This document shows, piece by piece, positions 54,551 to 64,000 of a DNA stretch of 64,000 nt. Under the pieces are notes generated by a model, which searched no databases, had not been told where the DNA came from, and saw nothing but the letters and a program-made list of their open reading frames with translations. The position numbers and the translations under genes were made by a program. The stretch comes from the human T2T-CHM13v2.0 reference genome, Homo sapiens. The DNA lies in NCBI RefSeq assembly GCF_009914755.1, contig NC_060947.1; one strand, given 5' to 3'. The stretch's first letter is position 1; every line of letters begins with the position of its first letter.

Positions 54551-57012
54551 TGTGTTAGTTCATTCTTGCCTCACTATAAAGAAATATCTGAGGCTGGGTA
54601 ATTTATAAAGAAAAGAGGTTTAATTGGCTTATGGTTCTGCAGGCTGTACAGGAAGTATGGTGCCAGCATCTGCTCTTGGTGAGGCCTCAGGAAGATTACA
54701 ATTATAATGGAAAGCAAAGGAGGAGCAGGCACATCCCATCGAGAGAGCAGGTATGAGATAGAGCATATGGGGAAGGTCCCAGATTCTTTTAAACAACCAG
54801 ATCTCACATGAGCTAAGAGCAAGAACTCACTCATCATCAAGGGGATGGTACTAAGTCATTCATGAGAGATCTGCCCCCATGATCAAATCAACTCCCATTA
54901 GGCCCCACTTCCAACACTGGGGATTACATTTCAACATTGAATTTGGATGATACAAGCATCCAAACCATATCATTTTCCCTCTAAATCATATGTTCTTCTC
55001 ACATTGCAAAATACAATCATACCCTGCCAATAGTCCCCAAAACATTTCAACATCAAGCCCAAAGTCCTCTCATGTGAGACTCATCTCCTTCCATTTGTGA
55101 GCCTATAAAATCAAAACAAGTTATTTATTCCCAAGATACATGTTGATACAGGTATTGGGTAAACATTACCATTCTGAAAGGGAGAAATCAGCCAAAAGAA
55201 AGGGGATATAAGCCCCATGCAAGTCTGAAAGCCAACAGGAAGGTCACTAAACCTTAAAGCTTCAAAGTAATCCCCTTTGATTTCATGGCCCACATCCAGG
55301 CCACACTTGTGCAAGATGTGGGCTCCCAAGACCTTGGGCAGCTCCACCCCTGTGGCTTTGCGGGGCTTAACCCCCATGGCTGCTCTTACGGGTTGAAGTT
55401 GAGTCCTTGTGGCTTTTCCAGGCTCAGGATGCAAGCTGCTGGTGAATCTACCATGCTTGAGTCTGGGAAGACAGCAGCCCCTTTCCCACAGCTTCACTAG
55501 GCTGTGCTCCACTGGTGAGGTTGTGTGGGTGCTCTAACTCCACATTTCCCTTCTGTACTGACTTAGTAGAGGTTCTCTGTGGGGATTCCACCCCTGCAGC
55601 AGGCTTCTGTATGGGCACCCAGGCTTTCTTATACATTCTCTGAAATCTAGGGGAAGCTGCCCAGCCTCCTTTACTCTTGCAATCCACATACCTGCAGACT
55701 TAACACTACATAGAAGCCACCAAGGCTTCTGGCTTGCATCTTCTGGAGTAGTGGCCTGAGCCATACCTGGGCACCTTTGAGCTGAGTCTGGAGCTGGAAA
55801 AGCTGAGATTTGAGGAGTAACATCCTGGGGCTGCATAGGTCATCAGGGCCCTAGACCTTATCCCTGAAACCATTCTTTCCTCCTAGGCTTCTGGGCCCGT
55901 GATGGGAAGGACTGAGGCCAAGATTTCTGACATGATTTCAAAGTCTTTTTCCCACTGTCTTGGATATTAGCACTTGGCTCCCTTTTAGTCACACTGATCT
56001 CTCTAGCAAGTGGTTGCTCCACAGCCTGCTTGAATTCTTCCTCTACCACAGGGCCAGGTGGCAAATTTTCCAAACTTTTATGCTCTACTTCCCTTTTTAA
56101 GTATATGTTCCAATTTTAAGTCATTTCTTTGCTCCTGTATCTGATCATAGGCTGTAAGAAGCAACTAGGCCATCTCTTGAACACTTAGAAATTTATTCCA
56201 CCAGATAAACTAGGTCATCACTTTTAAGTTCAAATTTCCATAGATTCCTATGACATTAACACAATGCAGCCCTCTTCCAACCTTTGCCCATTACCCAGTT
56301 CCAAAGCTCTTTGCTAGGGCATAACAGGGGTAACCTTTACCCTAGTTCCCAATAACTTCCTCATTTCCATATGAGACCTTGTCTGTCTGACCATCACTGT
56401 CTATATTTCTATCAGCATTTGGTCACAACCATTTAATCAGTCCCTAAGATGTTCCAAACTTTCCCTCATCTTCCTGTCTTCTTTTGATCCCTCCATACTC
56501 TGCCAACCTCTGCCCATTACCCATTTCCAAAGCTGCTTCCACATATTTAGGTATCTTTGTAGCAATGCCCCACTCCTCAGTACCAATTTTCTGTATTATT
56601 CCATTCTTGCATCACTATAAAGAAATACCTGAGGCTGGGTAATTTATAAATAAAAAAGGTTTAATTGGCTCACAGTTCTACAGGCTGTACAGGAAGCATG
56701 GTGCCAGCATCTGCTTGGCTTCTGGTGAGGCCTCAGGAAGCTAACAATCATGGCAGAAGGCAAAGGGGAAACGGTTGCCTCATATGGCAAGAGTGAGAGT
56801 GAGAGAGAGCAGGGAGGTCCCAGACTCTTTTAAATAATCAGATCTTATGTGAACTCAGAGTGAGAAATCACTCATCAACAAGGGGATGGCACTAAGCCAT
56901 TCATGAGGAATCCACCCCCATGATCCAAACAGCTCCCACCAGGCCCTACCTCCAACACTGGAGATTACATTTCAACATGAGATTTTGAGGGACAAATATC
57001 CAAATCCTATTA
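54551..57012 (-). mobile_element. Full-length MST (MaLR) element: LTR 54551-54972, internal 54973-56591, LTR 56592-57012
   Basis: Two homologous LTRs flank MaLR internal sequence; TSD ccact/ccatt. Confidence 0.92.
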
Positions 57013-58261
57013 CCATTAATAAATAATACTATATTATTCTTGTACATAAAACTTTGTTCGCATTTCTGATTTTTTTTTCAGAAAGCAGTTTTATATAGAT
57101 ATATAAAGTTTTCCGATTTCCATAATCTGTGAATCTGTGATTGATTCAAGCTTTCACATCAGATCTCTGGATAATTTTCTCATAGAAAGAGTTACTGAAT
57201 GAAGTATTAAGACTATAATCTAGTAGAGGAAATTGGTTATTAGATATATAGTTACAGGATTACTATAATTCAATGCTACAAATTACTTTGGGTTGATGGA
57301 GAAAGGAGAAATCAGTTCTGCTTGGAGCTTTGGCAGTGGTCTGGTCCTTATGTTTTTTGTTTATTTCCTTGGAAGCATAGCGATCTCAGAGTCTGAATAA
57401 TCCTTGGTCAGTTGCTGTTTGATACAATATCATTTTAACTTTAGTGTGATTTCTACTGCTGTCCTTGAAATTTTCATTCCTACAGTCAAGCAAATCTGGC
57501 ATTATTTTGCCCCTCCCCCCAAGAAATGTATTTAGAATATGGAAGTAGGAGAAAAAAATGGGAAACCAGATAAAAAGTATTTCTATTACAATGGTTGCTC
57601 TCCAAGAGGAAAGGCCCTGGTTCAGTCACATCAGTCCAATGCTGTTTCGTCCTTGAACATTACTGTAATCACCACCACCAGTTAACTGTCAATTAGCTTC
57701 TCAGGTGGCACAAAAAGCTAATGTTCAGAAGAAAGGACATGGAGAGATTAGAGACACTTGCCAGCTGGCTAATTGACAAGGCAGGACTGTGGGAAACTAA
57801 AAACAGCCAGTAAGAGGGCATTAAAAAGACATTCCATATATCAGGGTACAGAAGGGTTCTGAAAGGGCACTGAATGCCTGTGCCCAGCATGCTCCCAGGC
57901 TTTCAGAAGGGCAACTAAACCAAAGAATTCCTCTACCAACTGACTTTTGCTAGAAGAAGGCAATAGCTAGAGGCTCAGAGTAACAGAGATAATTTGTGAC
58001 CCAAAATTTCTTTCTAGATGGGAGCCAAGGGGCTATGAATGAAAAGGCTAACACCTGTTAGGAAGTTCATTGGCATAACATCAAGAGCTGTGGATGGCCA
58101 GGGCCCTTAAAGCAGATAGACCAGCAGCCAACCATCTGATTAAGCTGATATGGGATCATCCACACAAAACAGATTGTTTTCCTATGTGCTTTAAATGCTA
58201 TCTAGCTTTCTGAAAAGGCTGAATCCAGTGGAACAAGAGGAAATATAACTATGATTTTAAT

Positions 58262-58400
58262 ACAGGCAGTCTTCAGCTTACAAATGAGATGTGTTCCAAA
58301 GATTTAGTGATTTGGAACTCAAAACACATTTTCCCATAGATTTAATGCTAGACATTACTTCTCAGGTTCCAAATCAGCCCATTTAAAAAGCCTATTAATC
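58262..58400. mobile_element. Old Tigger-type fragment
   Basis: ta-caggcagtcttcagcttacaaatg...tgtgttcc terminus. Confidence 0.5.
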
Positions 58401-59971
58401 CTCCAGTGTAGCTGAGGTGTAATACTATAGTATTAGTTGGAATTCTCACTTCTGGTTAATAGGGCCTATGTAATACAGAATGAAAGGGGAGAAGGAGAAG
58501 AAAGAGGAAGAGAATTCCACATTGCCTGCTCTTCCCTTGGGAATAGTTCCAGCCTGCTTGAGGCAAATTTTCAAACATGCCACATGGTTTCTGAAAAACA
58601 CCCACTTCCCTTTCTGCACCTTTTCTGGGCCTTTTAGGCTGTCCTAAGTCCCAGAGCTTGACAGCTTCTTAAAGTGCTTTAGCATCTCCAGTCTCCCATG
58701 GCTTTCAAATCTCCTACTCGCCCTCACCCTCAATCAAGTTTGTATTTCCTCACAGATGTCCAAAACCTAGCTCATTCACCTTTATTCCAAGACTGTTCTG
58801 CTTTCTGACTTTCCAAGCCCTGTCAGTAGAAATAAAATTCTTCTTCATTTAAGTTAGAAAACCCAAGGTCCTCTTTAACTCTTTTTTCCCCTTTCTTCAT
58901 GCAGCTTATCAGTCAAACATCTTGGTTGATTCATCTTCTGGAAGGTCTTTGTATATCACCATCCTTGTTTAGGTTTTCATCAGTGTAAGCGATTCTTTTA
59001 TAGCTACATTTTGAGAATCAGTATATATAATCTCTTATTTGAACTATAGCAGCAGCCTCCCTGACTTATTTCATTGTCCAGCTCCTCCTTTATTCCCCTT
59101 GCTAATAAAGAAACCTTTCTAAAACATAACTTTAATCACCTCGTCTATCCTTCCCCTAAATCTAGCAATGGTTCTCCCAACACCTAATAGCTAGTTATCA
59201 CAACTAGTTTTCACAACAACCCAAATACAATAAATATCCTTATTCCCATTTTGGAAATTAGGAACACAATTTACTGGAAATCACTGGCCTGTTTAGTGAC
59301 TCAGCCAGGATTTGAACTCGGGTACATTTGTTTCAAAAGTCCATGGTCTTTTTCCTTCATACCACATCACAATATAGTCCAAATACCTTTTGTTGGTGAT
59401 CAAAGTCTTCCATAATCTACCTCCATTACTTTTCCATTCTCTCTCATACCACTCCTCCTTCTATCCACTCTACTCCTGCCTATGAAGACAACTTGCCACT
59501 TCTGAAACATAACCTGTACAGGTGTACCTTGCAGACATTGTAGATTTAGTTCTGGACCACCACAATAAAGCAAATATTGCAATAAAGTAAATCATGCAAT
59601 ATTGGTTTCCCAGTGCATATAGAAATTATGTTTACATTATACTGTAGTCTATTATGTGCAATAGCATTATGTCTAAAATATATACATACTTTAATTTAAA
59701 AAATACTTTATTGCTAATAATAGTCTAAGCCTTCAGAGAGTCATAATCGTTTGCTGATGGAAGGTCTTGCCTCAATGTTGATGGCTGCTGACTCATCAGT
59801 GTGGTGGTTGCTGAAAGTTGGAGTGGCTGTGGCAATTTCTTAAAATAAGGCAAGAGTGAAGTTTGCTGTATCAATTGACTCTTCCCTTTACAAAGGATTT
59901 CTCTGTAGCATGCAATGCTGTTTGACAACATTTTATCCACAGTAGAAATTGTTTCAAAATTAGAGTCAACC

Positions 59972-60192
59972 GTCTGATGACAGAGTAGTGTGACTATACT
60001 TAACAACAATTTATTGTATATTTCAAAGTAACTACAGAAGAGGACTTGAACTGTACCCAATACATAGAAATGATAAATACTCAAGGTGACGGATACTCCA
60101 AATGCCCTGATTTGATTATTACATATCCTATGGATGTAGCAAAATATCACATATACGCATATAAATGTGTAAAATATTATGTATTGATAAAA
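59972..60192 (+). mobile_element. L1MA 3' end within Tigger1
   Basis: aacaatttattgtatatttcaaa; gaaatgataaatactcaaggtga; flanking repeat aatt(a/t)gagtcaa. Confidence 0.85.
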
Positions 60193-61429
60193 AATTTGAG
60201 TCAATTCTCTCAAACCCTGCCACTGTTTTACCAACTAACTTTATGAAATATTCTAAATTTTTTGTGGTCATTCCAGTAAATCTACACCAGGAGTAGATTC
60301 CATCTCAAGAAACTACTTTGTTTATCCATGAGAAGCAAATCCTCATTTATTAAAGTTTAATCATAAGATTGCAGAAATTCAGTCACATCTTCATACTCAA
60401 ATTCTAATTCTAGTTCTCTTGCTATTTCCACATCTGCAGTTACTTCCTCACCTGAAGCCTTGAATCCTTCAAAGTCATCCGTGAGGGTTGGAATTAACTT
60501 CTTCCAAACTCCTGTTAATGTTGATATTTTGACCTCCTCCCATGAGCCACAGACATTCTTAATGATATCTAGAATGGTGAATTTTTTCCAGAAGACTTTC
60601 AATTTACTTTGCCTAGATCCGTCAGAGAAATCACTGCATATGGCAGCTATGGCCTCATGAAATGTATTTCTTAATAAGACTTAAAAGTCAAAATTACTCC
60701 TCGATCCATGTGCTGCAGAATGGATACTGTGTTAGCAGGCATGAAAAGAACATTAATCTTTTTGTACATCTCCATCAGAGCATTTGAGTAACTAGATGCA
60801 TTGTCAACAAGTGATAATATTTTGAAAGAATGTTCTAAGCAGTAGATCTCAACAATGGGCTTAAAATAGTAAGCCATGCTGTAAACAGATGTGCTGTTAC
60901 CCAGGCTTCGTTGGTTCATTCATAGAGCACAGGCAGAATAGATTTAGCATAATTCTTATAGGATTTTTGGAACGGTAAATGAGCATTGACTTTAAACTTA
61001 AATTCACTGCCTGCATTAGACTCCAACAAAAATTAGCCTGTCCTTTGATTCTCCTCTCTAGCTATGAAAATCCTAGATGGCATGTTCTTCCATTAGAAGG
61101 CTGTTTTATCTCCACTGAAAATCTGTTGTTTAATCTAGCCACCTTCATCAATAATCTTAGCTAGATCTTCTGGGTAACATGTTGCAGCTTCTCTATCAGC
61201 ACTTGCTGCTTCATCTTGCACTTTTCTGTTATGGAGATGGCTTCTTTCCTTGAACTTCATGAACCAACCTCTGCTAGCTTCCAACTTTTCTTCTGCAGTT
61301 TTCCCTCCTGTCTCAGCCTTGAAGAATTAGGGGCTTGCTCTGTATTAGGCTTTGGCTTAAAGGAATGTTGTGGGTTGTTTGGCCTTCTATCAAAGCCACT
61401 AAAATTTTCTCTATATCAGCAATGAGGCT

Positions 61430-62343
61430 TGTGTTAGTCCGTTCTCATGCTATTAATAAAGACATACCCGAAACTAAGTAATTTATAAAGGAAAGAGACT
61501 TAATTGACTCATAGTTCCACATGGCTGGGGAGGCCTCACAATTATGGCAGAAGGCAAAGAAGGAGCAATGTCACGTCTTACATGGTGGCAGGCAAAAAGA
61601 GCATGTGCAGGGCATGTATGTTTATTGCAGCACTATTTACAATAGCAAAGACTTGGAACCAACCCAAATGCCCATCAATGATAGACTGGAGAAAGAAAAT
61701 GTGGCACATATACACCATGGAATACTATGCAGCCATAAAAAAATGAGTTCATGTCCTTTGCGGGGACATGGATGAAGCTGGAAGCCATCACTCTCAGCAG
61801 ACTAACACAGGAACAGAAAACCAAACACTGCATGTTCTCACTCATAAGTGGGAGTTGAACAATGAGAACACATGGACACAGGGAGAGAAGCATCACACAT
61901 CAGGGACTGTCAGAGGTGGGGAGCTAGGGGAGGGAGAGCATTAGGACAAATACCTAATGCATGCGGGGCTTAAAACCGAGATGATGGGTTGATAGGTGCA
62001 GCAAACCACCATGGCACATGTATGCCTATATAACAAGCCTGCACATTCTGTACATGTATCCCAGAAGTTAAAGGAAAAAAAAAATAAAATTAAAATTAAA
62101 AAAGTAAAACAGTTTTAAAAAATCCTTGAAAGAACAATTTAAAAAAAGAGTATGTGCAGGGAACTCCCCTTTATAAAGCCATCAGATCTCTTGAGACTTA
62201 TTCACTATCACGAGAACAGCATGGGAAAAGGCCCACCCCCATGATTCAATTACCTCCCATTGAGTCCCTCCCACGACACGTGGGAATTATGGGAGTTAAA
62301 ATTCAAGATATGATTGGGGTGGGTACACAGCCAAACCATATCA
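61430..62343 (-). mobile_element. THE1 solo LTR within Tigger1, interrupted by an L1PA
   Basis: tgtgttagtccgttctc...cagccaaaccatatca; TSD aggct/aggat. Confidence 0.92.
61613..62142 (+). mobile_element. 5'-truncated L1PA (PA7/8-like) within the THE1
   Basis: TSD aaaaagag(c/t)atgtgcaggg at 61594-61612 and 62143-62161. Confidence 0.93.
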
Positions 62344-63589
62344 AGGATATTTAGCTTTCCTGTCATTCATGTGTTTACTGGAGTGGCACTTTTGATTTCC
62401 TCTGAGAACTTTTCCACTGCATTCACAGCTCGGCTAACTGTTTGGCACAAGAGGCCTAGCTTTTGGCCTATATCACCTTTCATCATGCCTTTCTCACTAA
62501 GGTTATTTCTAGCTTTTGATTTCGAGTGAGAGATGTAGGACTTCCTTTCACTTGAACGCGTAGAGGCCATCATAGGGTTATTAGTTGGCCTAATTTCAGT
62601 ATTGCTGTTTCTCAGGGAATAGGGAGGCCTGAAGAGAGGGAGAGAGATGGGGGAATGGCTGGATGGTGAAGCAGTCAGAACGCATACATTTATCTATTAA
62701 GTTTACCATCTTATCTGGGTGTGGCTTGTGGTGCCCCAAAACAATTGCAATCCATAACATCAAAGATCACTGATCACTGATCACCATAACAGATATAACA
62801 GTAATGAAAAAGTTTGAAATATTGTGAGAATTACCAAAATGTGCCACAGAGACACAAAGTGAACACACGCTGTTGGAAAAATGGCGCTGATTGCATTGCT
62901 CAATGCAGGGTTGCCACAAACCTTCAATTTATTTAAAATGCAGTATCTGTAAAGTGCAATAAAGTGAAATTCAATAAAACAATGTATGTCTATATTCTAC
63001 TGCCTTTGTCTAAGCCTTTTTGTAGATGGTGAGTCCTTTCTTTATCAAGGCTCAATTCAAATGCTACTTCCTCCACACAAAGCCTTCCCTCTACCAACCC
63101 CGTGCACCTACAAATATGCTCAAACACTAGCTAAAAGCTGTCTCATGTTTATAAATTACCACACCACTAATATTACTGTAGTTCATGTGACACTTATCAA
63201 TTTTAGCTTGTATTATAGTTATTTGATTGGGGGTTATCCCAACTACTACTTTAACTTTAAAGTAGTAGTTTAAAGTTAAGGACAGGTAACCACACTTTTA
63301 ACCTTCAGTCCTAGCAAGTCGAGGTGTCCATGGGAGGTGTTCAGTTAATGTTTAAGAAATGAATTATTAGTGGAAATTAAGATTGCAAGGTAAAATAAGG
63401 CTGAATATCATCATGAGGAGTTTCTATTTGATGAGAAATACCCCAGAGGATTTTAATCAGAGGAAAGCCACAACGAAAGCTGTAGTTTTAGAATGACTAA
63501 AAGAGATTCAAAATGCAGGTTAGAAGAGAGCTGTGCTGAATAAAAGTCTCATCGCTGCTATGCATTAACTCTGTGACGTTGGTCAATTT

Positions 63590-64000
63590 CTTTAAATGTT
63601 CTAATGGATACATTATAATCATACTTATTTATGGGGTACAATTTGATGTTTCAATACACATATCTGTTGTAAAATGATCAAATCAAATCGCATATTCATC
63701 ACATGATTTATTTATCATTTATTTGTGGTGAGAACATTAAGAAACCTATTTTCTAGCTATTTTGTAGCATACAATAAAGTGTATAACTATTCACCATAGT
63801 TACTCTACTGTGCAACAGAACACCAGAACATATTCCTCATGTCTAATGGTAATTTTGTACTCATTGGCTAACCTTTCTCCATTTTCCCCTTCCTTATCCC
63901 CTCCCCAGTCTCTGGTAACCACTGTTCTACTATCTATTTTATGAGACATTATTTTGTTTAGATTCCACAAATCCCTTATAAGATATGTGATTTGCAAATA
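63590..64000 (-). mobile_element. L1MA 3' end, runs off the window
   Basis: tttatggggtacaatttgatgtttcaatac; ccccagtctctggtaaccactgttctac. Confidence 0.85.

Larger units (their letters stand above)
59519..62992 (-). mobile_element. Near full-length Tigger1 DNA transposon (dead), with nested insertions
   Basis: Both termini with TA; minus-strand transposase fragments in ORFs 62367..62573 (HTH), 60671..60919 (DDE region) and 60357..60602. Confidence 0.92.

Noticed and set aside
59725-60234. 169-aa ORF, the longest in the window
   Set aside because: Chance read-through of antisense L1MA and Tigger1 sequence.

Overview
AT-rich, CpG-depleted primate (very likely human) intergenic or deep-intronic DNA, made up largely of interspersed repeats: Alu J/S/Y, L1PA to L1ME, L2, MIR, MaLR/ERV LTRs and Tigger DNA transposons. 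I found no intact protein-coding gene, CpG island, tRNA or CRISPR array; nearly all listed ORFs are repeat or microsatellite artefacts. Recognisable non-TE items are a ~2.2 kb HMGB1 processed pseudogene, a tailless U6 snRNA retrocopy with a 14-bp target-site duplication (TSD), and an ~87-bp NUMT from mitochondrial 16S rRNA. The most unusual signals are mutational scars. There are three locally templated insertions, one sitting in the loop of a fold-back palindrome at a THE1 LTR start. There is also an L1PA with A-rich tails at both ends, a textbook twin-primed L1PA, and several short perfect inverted repeats. Two candidate enhancer motif clusters lie in apparently unique sequence. I cannot support a new biological system here. 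Repeat subfamily names come from recalled consensus sequences, and boundaries are approximate unless TSDs are quoted.
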